Of a DNA stretch of 12,923 nucleotides, positions 1 to 9,061 are shown in pieces. Under the pieces are notes generated by a model. That model was given only the letters and a program-made list of their open reading frames with translations. It searched no databases and had not been told where the DNA came from. The stretch is from positions 1-12,923 of IMG/VR virus record IMGVR_UViG_3300029079_000072. One strand, written 5' to 3'. This DNA comes from a virus (taxonomy: Duplodnaviria > Heunggongvirae > Uroviricota > Caudoviricetes). Position numbers and translations under genes: made by a program. Positions within the stretch are counted from its first letter, which is position 1; each line of letters opens with the position of its first letter.

Positions 1-267
1 TTACTCTGCAGGTGAAGTCGGCCACTCAATATCAGGTGCAGTTGATGTATCAACACGATTCAACAATACCCGATATTTATTCCATGCCTCCAGCAACGAT
101 CTTTCTTCCGCCGTTGCGATTTCCAGATCTACAGCATCCTGCAGTGGCGCAATATACTCACTGAATTCCTGGATGTGGAACTGTGTGGTGACGGTCTTCC
201 AGTCATTCGGCTCCTGCTGTATCGAAGCATACCAGGCTATTTCAATATCGCTATGCTGCGGCAGCAT
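1..267 (-). CDS. Short tail fiber assembly-like protein (88 aa, Tfa C-terminal domain only)
   Basis: The C-terminal ~50 aa ([46 protein letters not shown]) is near-identical to the C-terminus of the Tfa at 1047..1631 and to lambda Tfa as I recall it. ATG at 265..267 is preceded by AAGGGG; stop TAA at 1..3. Resembles the short tfaX-type gene of DLP12-like prophages (from memory). Confidence 0.7.
   Translation of the reverse strand: MLPQHSDIEIAWYASIQQEPNDWKTVTTQFHIQEFSEYIAPLQDAVDLEIATAEERSLLEAWNKYRVLLNRVDTSTAPDIEWPTSPAE
20..163. repeat. Direct repeat copy A (tfa 3' region), about 144 bp, paired with 1069..1212
   Basis: Aligned by eye against 1069..1212: about 16 mismatches in 144 positions, same orientation. 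Similarity ends abruptly at 163/1212. Confidence 0.75.
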
Positions 268-323
268 TTAACCCCTTGTAATTCATCGCCATAATTGATT
301 TAATTCACAAATAAAACTATAAC

Positions 324-992
324 ATGGTGAAATCAATGAAAAAAAACACAGATGATGGGGCTAAAATTTACACACCACTTACCCTAAAGCTTTATGACTG
401 GTGGGTTTTGGGAGTATCAAATCGGCTTGCATGGGGATGTCCTACAAAGGAACACCTTCTTCCACACTTTCTGGAACATGTAGGTAACAACCATCTGGAT
501 ATTGGTGTTGGAACTGGGTTTTACCTTACTCACGTACCTGAGAGTAGTCTGATATCTTTAATGGATTTGAACGAAGCTAGCCTGAACGCGGCATCTACAA
601 GGGCTGGGGAATCAAAAATTAAACATAAAATTAGCCATGATGTTTTTGAACCTTATCCCGCGGCGTTACATGGTCAATTTGATTCCATTTCCATGTTTTA
701 CCTTCTTCACTGCCTGCCTGGAAATATATCTACAAAAAGCTGTGTAATACGCAATGCGGCGCAGGCCTTAACTGACGATGGAACTCTATACGGAGCCACA
801 ATTCTTGGCGATGGAGTTGTGCACAATAGCTTCGGTCAAAAACTGATGCGCATTTACAATCAGAAAGGCATCTTTTCAAACACAAAAGATTCCGAAGAAG
901 GCTTAACACATATACTCTCAGAGCATTTCGAGAATGTTAAAACCAAGGTTCAAGGTACTGTAGTAATGTTTTCCGCTTCAGGGAAAAAATAG
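324..992 (+). CDS. Class I SAM-dependent methyltransferase (possibly YbcY-like)
   Basis: 222-aa ORF with a glycine-rich SAM-binding motif I (LDIGVGTGFY) and downstream acidic/hydrophobic motifs typical of Rossmann-fold methyltransferases. Alternative start at ATG 336 is preceded by GGTGA. The gene looks clearly more AT-rich than the flanking phage DNA (by eye, not computed). It lies on the opposite strand between two tfa-type genes, as ybcY does in DLP12 (from memory). Confidence 0.75.
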   Translation: MVKSMKKNTDDGAKIYTPLTLKLYDWWVLGVSNRLAWGCPTKEHLLPHFLEHVGNNHLDIGVGTGFYLTHVPESSLISLMDLNEASLNAASTRAGESKIKHKISHDVFEPYPAALHGQFDSISMFYLLHCLPGNISTKSCVIRNAAQALTDDGTLYGATILGDGVVHNSFGQKLMRIYNQKGIFSNTKDSEEGLTHILSEHFENVKTKVQGTVVMFSASGKK

Positions 993-999
993 CATCCAA

Positions 1000-1032
1000 C
1001 CGCAGCACGTTCTTGCTTAAGACGTGCTGCGG
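1000..1032. terminator. Hairpin between convergent methyltransferase and tfa genes (possible bidirectional terminator)
   Basis: Perfect 11-bp inverted repeat CCGCAGCACGT / ACGTGCTGCGG with an 11-nt loop. On the minus strand a T-run follows a few nt after the stem (plus-strand A-run at 984..989). Confidence 0.45.
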
Positions 1033-1046
1033 CATAATCCCAATGA

Positions 1047-1631
1047 TTACTCCCTGACAGGGTTCGTAGGCCACTCAATATCAGGTGCAGTTGATGTATC
1101 AACACGGTTCAGCAACACCCGATACTTCTTCCAGGCTTCCAGCAATGAGGTTTCTTCCTCCGTTGCAATTTCCAGATCTGCAGCATCCTGAAGCGGCGCA
1201 ATATGCTCACTGGCTACCTGCATCAGGTTGTTTTTTGTTTCTTCCGCCTCCCGGATCCGGAACAGTTTTTCTGCTTCCGTATCCTTCACCCAGGCTGTGC
1301 CGTTCCACTTCTGAAACTCCCCTTCCGGCGATAACCAGGTAACATTTTCCGGTAACGGACCGAGTTCAGAAATAAATAACGCGTCGCCGGAAGCCACGTC
1401 ATAAACCGTTTTACCCCGATGATCTTCAACGAGATGCCACGATGACTCATCACTGTTGAAAACAGCCACGAAGCCAGCCGGAATATCTGGCGGTGCAATA
1501 TCGGTACTGTTTGCTGGCAGACCTGTATGAGGCGGAATATATGCATCACCTTCACCAATAAATTCATTAGTTCCGGACAACAGATTATAAATTTTTATGG
1601 TCCGTGGTTGTTCACTCATTCTGAATGCCAT
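1047..1631 (-). CDS. tfa: Tail fiber assembly protein Tfa (lambda-type, 194 aa)
   Basis: Translation [18 protein letters not shown]...[46 protein letters not shown] matches lambda Tfa almost residue for residue from memory. The ATG overlaps the stf stop (TAATG). Confidence 0.9.
   Translation of the reverse strand: MAFRMSEQPRTIKIYNLLSGTNEFIGEGDAYIPPHTGLPANSTDIAPPDIPAGFVAVFNSDESSWHLVEDHRGKTVYDVASGDALFISELGPLPENVTWLSPEGEFQKWNGTAWVKDTEAEKLFRIREAEETKNNLMQVASEHIAPLQDAADLEIATEEETSLLEAWKKYRVLLNRVDTSTAPDIEWPTNPVRE
1069..1212. repeat. Direct repeat copy B (tfa 3' region), paired with 20..163
   Basis: See copy A; same orientation, roughly 89% identical by eye. Confidence 0.75.
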
Positions 1632-4600
1632 TATGCAAGCCTCACAATATAGTTAAATGCGATGTTTTTGACGGTGTTTTCCGCGTTACCAGCAGCGTTA
1701 ACGGTGATGGTGTGTCCATGTGAACCAATCGCAACGGAGTGCGTATGAGCACCAATACCGACAGTATGTGCATGTGCACCAGCATTTGCTGCAGTACCAG
1801 ACAGCGAGTGGGTATGAGCACCTGCTGACTGTGTCTGAATACGTTGATAATACGATCTACTGGAAGAAGTCTCCGGGCTTACTTGATACTGTGAATCCTT
1901 GACATAAGTGAACCCACCGCCATCATAAAATGCTAACGCAGAACCGCCGCCTCCCGGCCAACGAATACCATTACCATGAGTATGAGCACCGGCAGACCCC
2001 GTAGAGCCACTCAGACTGTGCGTATGCGACCCGGTGTTATTCGTGGATTTAGTGCCGTAATCAAACGACGATGTGGTTTTCGTCCCCAAATCCGTACTGG
2101 ATGCGCTGGCGCTGTGGGTGTGCGATTTTATGCCGTCCCGTTCCTGAGACAATACGGCCCGGCCACTGGCGGGTTTGCCCTTGATTGTCCAGCCGCGCAT
2201 ATCTGGAATAACACCTGAAGGATAGGCAATAGCCAGTTTCGGATATGCTGCCTTATCAAACGTCTGCCCCTGCATGATTGCATAACCTGCAGGTGGTGTA
2301 TCTGATGGCCACGGCAGCGGAACACCTGGCGGAAACGCTTCAATATTTGCCGAGCCGTCAAATTTTACGCCGTTAATTGTCCTTGCAGTTTGCAATTTGG
2401 TTGCTGTGCTTGCATTACCCGATAAAGATCCAGTGATACCACCACTCGCGTTTAATTTAGTTGCAATTGTAACATTGCCAGTATGGTTACTAATTATAAA
2501 CGGCCTTAAGCTATTGTGCGTACCAAGACTGTTACCCGAATCTGTCAACATAAAATATGTGTTTGATCCATCATTTCGGATAAAGAATCCATAGTTGCCA
2601 TAGGCAATACGCAGACCATTTGCTGACCTTGAAATAACCTCACCAGCAGCAGTTAAACCACCTGAAAGAGTCCCTCCAGTTAATGCCAATGCCCCAATAT
2701 TTGAAGGGGTCAATGTGATATTTGCACTACCATCAAATGACACACCGTTAATCGTTCTGGCTGCCTGAAGTTTCGTGGCGGTCGCAGCATTACCTGTAGT
2801 GTTTTGATTACCGGTAGCGTTGACTCCAGGCAAGTTGATATCTGCCGATCCATCAAATGCCACGCCCCCAATCTTACGTGCTGTCTTGATCTTGGTCGCA
2901 GTATCTGCGTTTCCGGTCAAATTACCAGTAACACTACCACCAACTTTTAGTCCATTACCGATGGACACCAACCCTGATCTTAAGTTTATAGAGAATGGTC
3001 TTAATGAACCGATGTCTCCATTTTCCCCCTCCCCTTCATTAGTCGGAATAAGATGAAGATAATCTTCGGAACGCCTAAAAATAAGGCCAAAGGCTTGGTT
3101 GAATATTCGAAGAGCATTTATCGTGCTGATTTTTAACTGCCCTCCCATTGTGTCGCCAGTTTTTTGAACTGAACTATCTTTAACAGTTTTAACTGCCTTT
3201 GGCGTTGCCGCCAGCTTTTCACTGGTGCTGTTTGTTGCACTGCTGAGCTGTACTATCCCCTTTTTCGTCGTGCTCGCATCCTCAAGCCCCACGGCGGATG
3301 CAATATCCTCTGCCCGTTTTGCCGCTGTTTCGGCACGCGTTGCCGCGGATTCAGCAGCAACTTTGCTCTGAGATGCCGCCGTCGCACTGCCTGCCGCCTC
3401 TGATGCTTTCGTTGTTGCTGTCGTGGCACTACCTTTCGCTGCTGACGCTTGTCTGGTCGCCTCATCTTTTGAAGCAGACGCAGATGATGCCGATGACGCC
3501 GCTGAACTGGCTGACGATGCGGCTGCCGCCTTAGAGGAAGCAGCATTGTCTGCTGAAGTCTTTGCATTTGTTTCAGAGGTTTTTGCTGCAGAAGCAGACC
3601 TCGCTGCTGCAGTGGCTTGCTCAGTGGCTTTGCCAGCCTTCGTTGTGGCTGTTGAAGCGGATGATGCGGCGCTTTCTGCCGATTTTCCGGCGGCGGTGGC
3701 ACTGGCTGAGGCCTGCCCGGCACTTGTTGACGCGGCACTGGCAGATAATGCAGCCGCTGTTTTTGAACCTGCCGCAGCTGAGGCGCTCTGTCCCGCTGCT
3801 GTTTCAGAAGACTTAGCGTTCGTCTCGGACGTTTTTGCCGCCTTCGCGGAATTTCCTGCCGCCGTTGCCGAGGAAGCTGCACTACTGGCACTTGATGATG
3901 CATTCGTTTCTGAAGATTTCGCTGCCTCTTTTGAGGCCGCCGCACCCCGTGCCGAGGTGGCAGCTTCTGACGCTTTCGTGGTCGCTGTGGATGCAGAAGT
4001 GGCTGCCGATTTTTGTGATGCTGCGGCATTCGTTTCTGACGTTTTCGCGGCACTGGCGCTGGTAGCTGCCGCGCTTTTTGATGACTCTGCAGCAGCAGCA
4101 CTTTTTGCTGCTTCACGGGCCTTTGTCGATGCCGTTCCTGCGCTGGAAGACGCTGACTGAGCCGACGACGCGGCCTGTCCGGCTGACGTGCTGGCGGCAC
4201 GTGCTGAGGCTGCAGCATCGGTTGCATGAGTTGCCGCCTCGCTGGCTGATGCACTGGCATCGCTGGCTGATTTTTTCGCGGCTGCCGTATTCTGTGCAAC
4301 CGCGGAGGCGTTACGTGACACCTCTTCCACCATCTGCTCAAAGCGGCGCAGTGCCTCCGGCATGACATCATCTTCCGTCATGGCACCGAGAAAATCATTC
4401 AGCGTACCTGGTCTGGAACCTTCATAGACGGTAATGGTCCCGGCATGTGAAGGCGGAAAACCTTCAACCAGCAGGGTGACGCTGTACTGGCCATGCTCAA
4501 CATCCATGCTGTAACGTCCGGCTTCATCCGGATTTTCAGAGGCCACCGTGTTCACCACCACCGTGCTGCTGGTTCGTCTGGCCTTCAGCACAATGGTGCA

Positions 4601-4657
4601 GTTCTGTACTGGTTTTCCTGTGCCATCTTTAAGCACGCCAGAAATTTTTACTGTCAT
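1631..4657 (-). CDS. stf: Side tail fiber protein Stf (1008 aa)
   Basis: N-terminus [28 protein letters not shown] and C-terminus ...[42 protein letters not shown] match lambdoid Stf proteins such as Rac StfR as recalled. A long Ala/Ser/Thr-rich low-complexity stretch is followed by repeated tail-fibre repeat units ([23 protein letters not shown]) and a His-rich HxH C-terminal region. Confidence 0.9.
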   Translation of the reverse strand: MTVKISGVLKDGTGKPVQNCTIVLKARRTSSTVVVNTVASENPDEAGRYSMDVEHGQYSVTLLVEGFPPSHAGTITVYEGSRPGTLNDFLGAMTEDDVMPEALRRFEQMVEEVSRNASAVAQNTAAAKKSASDASASASEAATHATDAAASARAASTSAGQAASSAQSASSSAGTASTKAREAAKSAAAAESSKSAAATSASAAKTSETNAAASQKSAATSASTATTKASEAATSARGAAASKEAAKSSETNASSSASSAASSATAAGNSAKAAKTSETNAKSSETAAGQSASAAAGSKTAAALSASAASTSAGQASASATAAGKSAESAASSASTATTKAGKATEQATAAARSASAAKTSETNAKTSADNAASSKAAAASSASSAASSASSASASKDEATRQASAAKGSATTATTKASEAAGSATAASQSKVAAESAATRAETAAKRAEDIASAVGLEDASTTKKGIVQLSSATNSTSEKLAATPKAVKTVKDSSVQKTGDTMGGQLKISTINALRIFNQAFGLIFRRSEDYLHLIPTNEGEGENGDIGSLRPFSINLRSGLVSIGNGLKVGGSVTGNLTGNADTATKIKTARKIGGVAFDGSADINLPGVNATGNQNTTGNAATATKLQAARTINGVSFDGSANITLTPSNIGALALTGGTLSGGLTAAGEVISRSANGLRIAYGNYGFFIRNDGSNTYFMLTDSGNSLGTHNSLRPFIISNHTGNVTIATKLNASGGITGSLSGNASTATKLQTARTINGVKFDGSANIEAFPPGVPLPWPSDTPPAGYAIMQGQTFDKAAYPKLAIAYPSGVIPDMRGWTIKGKPASGRAVLSQERDGIKSHTHSASASSTDLGTKTTSSFDYGTKSTNNTGSHTHSLSGSTGSAGAHTHGNGIRWPGGGGSALAFYDGGGFTYVKDSQYQVSPETSSSRSYYQRIQTQSAGAHTHSLSGTAANAGAHAHTVGIGAHTHSVAIGSHGHTITVNAAGNAENTVKNIAFNYIVRLA

Positions 4658-4671
4658 ACTTTTCCACCAAT

Positions 4672-4705
4672 AAAAAAAGCCCGCAGCAGTGACGCCACGG
4701 GCTTC
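4672..4705 (-). terminator. Putative intrinsic terminator (minus strand) between lom and stf
   Basis: Minus-strand sequence has a GC-rich hairpin (AGCCCG...CGGGCT) followed by TTTTTTTATTGG. It lies about 15 nt upstream of the stf ribosome-binding site. Confidence 0.5.
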
Positions 4706-4808
4706 AGGACAGTGTAACTTTACGTTTCCTCAAACGCAGTTCACCCCATAAGGTGGATGAACCTGCGTATCATAACAATATTTACAGAAGATAAATCGGC
4801 GTCTGTTG

Positions 4809-5408
4809 TCAGAAACGGTATCCGATACCAACAATAAATGCATCCGTTCGCCAGTCGCCACTACCGGAACCTTCATAAGCAAGGTCAATGGTTACGGATT
4901 CGGTCGGGTTAAACTGCACGCCAGCCCCCCACGCCAGAGACGTGTTGCTGTGGCGACCGTCATCACTTCCGGTCAGCACATCGTGCGTTTTCCCCTTGTT
5001 GTCAGTTACGCGGAGATAATCCCCGGAGAAAGTCGACACACGGCTGTAAGCCACACCCACCATCGCATACGCGCTGAACCATTCATTCACGCGTACAGAC
5101 GGCCCCGCCATCACGCTGAACCAGCGGTTACGCACGGAATCTTCATGCCAGCGGGTATCGCTGTAGTGCGTTTTTTGCTCATCCTCAGCATTGGCATAAC
5201 TGAAGGACGTAATCAGCCCCAGCGCGTCCGTAAACTCATAACGGTATTTCACGTTAATCCCGTTCAGATTATCGCTGCCGGGAGCGTTCGTACGGGCATG
5301 AAGATACCCCGCGCTCAGTGTGGACTGATGTTCAGACGCCCATGCAGGCGCACCGGATACGGACAGACAGATGGCTGCGGACAAAATGGCTGCACAAACT
5401 TTACGCAT
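4809..5408 (-). CDS. lom: Lom outer-membrane protein (Ail/Lom family, 199 aa)
   Basis: Translation MRKVCAAILSAAICLSVSGAPAWASEHQSTLSAGYLHA...FIVGIGYRF is nearly identical to lambda Lom as recalled. Signal peptide is present; ATG at 5406..5408 is preceded by GAGAGG. Confidence 0.9.
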   Translation of the reverse strand: MRKVCAAILSAAICLSVSGAPAWASEHQSTLSAGYLHARTNAPGSDNLNGINVKYRYEFTDALGLITSFSYANAEDEQKTHYSDTRWHEDSVRNRWFSVMAGPSVRVNEWFSAYAMVGVAYSRVSTFSGDYLRVTDNKGKTHDVLTGSDDGRHSNTSLAWGAGVQFNPTESVTIDLAYEGSGSGDWRTDAFIVGIGYRF

Positions 5409-5430
5409 AATTACCTCTCGCTTTTCTGCA

Positions 5431-5456
5431 ATAAAAAAGGCGCCATTTCTGGCGCC
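5431..5456 (-). terminator. Intrinsic terminator (minus strand) between J and lom
   Basis: Minus-strand GGCGCC-AGAAAT-GGCGCC hairpin (6-bp stem, 6-nt loop) immediately followed by TTTTTTATT. Confidence 0.6.
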
Positions 5457-5475
5457 CGTATTGGGGTTATAAAAT

Positions 5476-7857
5476 TCAGCTAATCGTGATGCCTGCAGTG
5501 GCTTTCTTCATCACAACAACCAGCAAATCGCTGATACTTGCTGTGGGATACCAGCCATTTACCCACCATGCTGATACAGAAAACTCCAGCGTCATGTGGC
5601 CGCGACCAGCAGGCATATCAATAACACCACTGTAAACCAGCGTATTATCCAGCGCGGTACGGTTATAAATTTCAGCACCGTTTTTCCGTACTATCAGGCG
5701 GCATGACGAATAAATATCGTTATTCTCCCGCTCATGTCTGGCACCGCTGAATGCCACCGCCGGAATAACAATTTGCCGGTCAAACGGCTGATCGTCATAA
5801 ACCCTGACGGTAATGGTCCCTGATGGCCACCTCTCCGGTGCACGGGAGTCACGGGGGAAAGCCTTACCCACTGTTTTAACGAGATCGCCTTCAATCTGGT
5901 TTGCAGACAGTTTCCCTCTGATGACACAGTTCTCGTTAATGGTGACATTATTGAGCGTGCCGGTATTCGCCGTGATGGCTCCACTGATATCCGCATTGCG
6001 GGCTGTCAGCCTGCCATCCGGCGTCAGGGAAAACGTAGGAGGATTGCCGGATGACGTGATGCTCACCGCAAACAGTCGCTTCAGGAACACGTCGTTCATG
6101 AACAGCTGATTCCCCTGCGCCACAAACAGCGGCGTGGTGTTGCCATTCTCCGGGGTAATCATCGCGATACGGTCCGCCTGCAGCAGAATACTGCTCAGCG
6201 TCTGACCATCAACATCCTCAATCCCCGCACCAATCCCGGCCACATAGGGAATACCGTTTTTTGTTTTCTGCACCTTCAGCATATACATGGCATTCAGCTC
6301 ATTGCGCGTGTCTGACTGAACCCGCTGGATTTGCTGTATGGTCACGGCCTGGTCACCCAGTTTTTTATCCGTGGTCGAGGTAATTTCACTCCCTTTTTTA
6401 TCCACGTACTGGCGGACCTGTGCTATCTGTCGGGCATTTTCTGACTGCCCCTGGCTGACAGTCTGTGAGATTTCACTGCTCACCCGGTCCACTTTCTGGC
6501 TCACCTGCGCGATGGCCAGTGTCTGGTCCTCATTCTTTTTCGCAACCAGCTGCGTGAGGCTGTTTTCCGCCTCCCCGATTTTCCGGGTCACTTCTGCGAT
6601 ATCCGTGTCCATCCGCTGACGGATGTCTTCTTCCAGTTGCGTGACCTCCGTACGCAGCGCTGAAGCATCAATGCGCTCTTTCAGTGCCTGGCCCAGAAGC
6701 GTCTCATCTATCAGCCCCCGGAAAATTTCCAGATACCCTTCACCATCATTGCTGGGCTGCCCGCTGGCTTCCACAAAAGCAGATTTTCCCACCAGGTTGA
6801 CGCTTCGCACGTAAAACCAGAAATCCGTCCCCGGCTTAATCCGGCTCCCCTGGACAGTCCACTGACTGCCGGTCCCCAGATAACGGGCAGATTTTTCCAC
6901 CTGTGCCGTGTTCGTGATGCGTTTTTCTGAGAACCAGAATTCAAACTGTACCGTCGGGTCATACACCGCAAGACGCGGGACCGCCGTTATCTGAAAATAC
7001 CCCGGCGTCAGCTCAATGGTGGCGGGTTTTGCAGGCGCGTTAATCCGGAAGGTGGTGGTCGCAGGTTCGCCCTGCTGGCCGTAGCTGTTAATGGCCCGCA
7101 CCGTCAGGGTGTATTCCCCCAGTGGCAGGCCGCTGAAACGGTGCTCCGTGTCTGCGGTGATGGCGGTGGTCACCAGTCTGGCATCCGTTCCCTTACCACT
7201 GGTCAGGCGCAGACTGAAGCGCACGCCCTTCACCACCCGCGGCGTGTCCCATTTAGCCTGCGCCAGATACTGGCCGTCAGCTGCGCTCACCTCCACCGTC
7301 AGGTGCTGCACTGCCGGTGGGATAACGCTGTTCAGGGTGCCTGACTGCGGCTCAAAGCGGGCCCCGTTATCCACGATGGCTTCTTTTTCAGGTACGTGCT
7401 GCACCGCCGTGATGGCAAAGGTGCCGTCCGTGTTTTCCCGGATGGAGACACAGCGGAACAGGCGACGACGCAGTGACGGCAGGGAGAGTCCCCACACACC
7501 GTATGTCTCCACACCATCCGGCAGGGTGCTGACCTGTATCCGGTCAGGCGCGGGGTGTGCGGTGATGGCCACGCTCGCCGGCTTACCGCTGCCGTTAATC
7601 AGATTAACAGTGGCCGTGCCGGTCTCCGGCAGTGTCACCTCCCGGTCCAGCGTCAGGGTACGGCTGGCGGCATCGATGGACAGGACACGTCCGCCGGTCA
7701 TGGTCCCGGCATAGTCGTTATCACAGATTTCAATGATGTCACCGGGTGTGTGACGCAGCCCCTGTGACCCGAGCGTGAAATCCACCGTCTGCGTTTCCAG
7801 CAGTTCGGTCTTTATCACCCACAGCCCGGCACGGTGGGCCTGACCGCGGCTGGTACA
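5476..7857 (-). pseudogene. J: Tail tip / host specificity protein J, N-terminally truncated remnant (C-terminal ~790 codons)
   Basis: Translation from the in-frame stretch [27 protein letters not shown]...[11 protein letters not shown]... parallels the lambda J region starting around [25 protein letters not shown] (from memory). The frame is closed by TGA at 7858..7860 exactly where J homology should continue upstream. There is no ATG start; the track's start is a GTG that is an internal Val codon. Confidence 0.85.
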
Positions 7858-7924
7858 TCAGGGGCTGTAATGCTGTTGTGACAGCACTCATCATATTATT
7901 CAGTTGTTGCTCTGATATATTCAT
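7856..7924 (-). pseudogene. Terminase large subunit (gpA-like) 5' fragment, about 23 codons
   Basis: ATG at 7922..7924 overlaps the 3' end of the Nu1 gene and encodes MNISEQQLNNMM..., resembling the lambda gpA start MNISNSQVNRL. The frame then runs out of frame into J sequence, so only the first ~20-25 codons look native. Confidence 0.5.
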
Positions 7925-8405
7925 CGAGTAAATCCGGTAATTTATCCCCCGCCCGCGCACACTGATTTGCCCCCTTCGCAATAAGGGTTTTCAGATGGTC
8001 AAGATGGCGCGGTGTTAAATCAGGAAACTGTCGCTGCATGGATAAAGGGATGGAATCAAGCGTACTGGATAACGCCATTGCCAGCTTGCTGAGGGCAAAA
8101 ATACAGAACCCGGTATCAATAAGTTTTCCTTTTGACACCTCATTTTTTAACTGCTGTGTAACAGCCTGTTCTGCTGTCAGTTCCCATCTGGCAATAAGCA
8201 ATTTCTCCTCATAGTCGTCTTCGCTATCGCCATCAGGCACATCGTTTTTACTTCTTCTCAGATACGATATGTAAAAATCGCGCCAGGCATCCAGATCCAG
8301 TTGCCCTCGCTTATTCGATATCGGGGCACCCGGCAATTTCTGCAATCTGCGAAGCTGGCGATCGGTCAGACTTAAATGCCTGGCAACTTCAGTCTGCGTA
8401 GCCAC
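7896..8405 (-). CDS. nu1: Terminase small subunit (Nu1-like, 169 aa)
   Basis: The C-terminal half (...GFCIFALSKLAMALSSTLDSIPLSMQRQFPDLTPRHLDHLKTLIAKGAN...LPDLLDEYI) parallels lambda Nu1 (...AFCTFVLSRIAGEIASILDGLPLSVQRRFPELENRHVDFLKRDII...LLSEYI) from memory. It lies directly beside the cos site. Start is GTG at 8403..8405 preceded by AGGTGAGGA, with an in-frame stop just upstream. Confidence 0.85.
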   Translation of the reverse strand: MATQTEVARHLSLTDRQLRRLQKLPGAPISNKRGQLDLDAWRDFYISYLRRSKNDVPDGDSEDDYEEKLLIARWELTAEQAVTQQLKNEVSKGKLIDTGFCIFALSKLAMALSSTLDSIPLSMQRQFPDLTPRHLDHLKTLIAKGANQCARAGDKLPDLLDEYIRATTE

Positions 8406-8442
8406 TCCTCACCTCGCAAAAACTCTCACTTCACAATCACAA

Positions 8443-8640
8443 CAAAACCGGTCATGTCCGGCTTACATGTCTATTTTTTGTGCATGTCCGGTTCACAGAA
8501 GACCTCTTTTTTTATTTTTCATATAGTTAACTTGAAGAGAAACCGGACATGGTTCCCGGAAAATTTTCATAAATAGCGAAAACCCGCGAGGTCGCCGCCC
8601 CGTAACCTGTTGGATCGACGGAAAGGACCCGAAAACGAGA
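8443..8640. other. cos site (cosQ-cosN-cosB) of a lambda-type phage
   Basis: The reverse complement of 8561..8602 reads GGGGCGGCGACCTCGCGGGTTTTCGCTATTTATGAAAATTTT, matching the lambda left end, and the adjacent sequence GGGTCCTTTCCG...ACAGGTTACG resembles the lambda right-end/cosQ region (from memory). Between cosN and Nu1 are three copies of the 9-mer CATGTCCGG (8453..8461, 8483..8491, and inverted at 8543..8551) separated by an AT-rich tract, consistent with R1/R2/R3 TerS-binding sites flanking a bend site. Confidence 0.8.
8589..8600 (-). other. cosN cohesive-end sequence (12 nt, GGGCGGCGACCT on the minus strand)
   Basis: Exact match to the lambda 12-nt 5' cohesive end as recalled; plus strand reads AGGTCGCCGCCC. 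Confidence 0.8.
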
Positions 8641-8748
8641 ATAATTATCACTTACAGCAAGAATCGAATCTGATCTATTATGGTGCTTGCTATTATGTGC
8701 CGGCACAAGTGCGTCGTTTACCGTCATTTCACACAGAGGCATCATCAA

Positions 8749-9000
8749 ATGAAAATCAGAAATATTCTCGCTATCTCCCTTGCAACATCATCCTTCAGTT
8801 GCCTGGCATTTAAATCCTCGCCCAATGTGCTACCAGGACCAACGAATCAACTAACTGCGGTAGAAAGTAAAATTATCGGACATTTTTATGCCCCACACAG
8901 TGCATTACCCGGAACAACCATCACAGGGACATGTGACGCCTCCCCCGTCCCGGGATGCACCTGTCCGTTTTGTACTATGCTGCGTAGCCAAAACCGATAA
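8749..9000 (+). CDS. Small secreted protein (83 aa) with signal peptide and C-terminal Cys motif; function unknown
   Basis: ATG at 8749 is preceded by AGAGG at a 9-nt spacing. The N-terminus MKIRNILAISLATSSFSCLA is signal-peptide-like and the C-terminus carries C-x8-C-x-C-x2-C (CDASPVPGCTCPFC). It is transcribed opposite to the late operon, like lambda bor. Confidence 0.5.
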   Translation: MKIRNILAISLATSSFSCLAFKSSPNVLPGPTNQLTAVESKIIGHFYAPHSALPGTTITGTCDASPVPGCTCPFCTMLRSQNR

Positions 9001-9061
9001 CATCCGCATTTACCTGGTATTACATGATGAGTTCACGCAGCGACTGATAGAGGAAGGAAAG

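Noticed and set aside
3423-4160. 245-aa plus-strand Ala/Asp-rich ORF antisense to stf
   Set aside because: Shadow ORF on the opposite strand of the stf Ala/Ser repeat; no start context and no homology.
3253-4371. 372-aa minus-strand ORF, extremely Arg/Gln/Pro-rich
   Set aside because: Alternative frame of the stf low-complexity region; the composition is a translation artefact of the GC-rich repeat, and stf in the other frame has clear homology.
4806-5483. 225-aa plus-strand ORF antisense to lom
   Set aside because: Overlaps the lom gene, whose translation matches lambda Lom; treated as a shadow ORF.
7091-7714. 207-aa plus-strand ORF antisense to J
   Set aside because: Lies entirely within the well-supported J coding region on the other strand; Arg/Ser/Val-rich composition typical of antisense shadow ORFs.
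7739-7981. 80-aa minus-strand ORF spanning the Nu1/J junction
   Set aside because: Not a real gene. Its upstream part is an alternate frame of Nu1, the middle is the short gpA-like start fragment, and the rest is out-of-frame J sequence; reported as a deletion scar instead.
8500-8542. Possible IHF site in the AT-rich tract between the CATGTCCGG repeats in cosB
   Set aside because: No exact match to the IHF consensus WATCAANNNNTTR found by eye; mentioned only as an AT-rich bend region within the cos feature.
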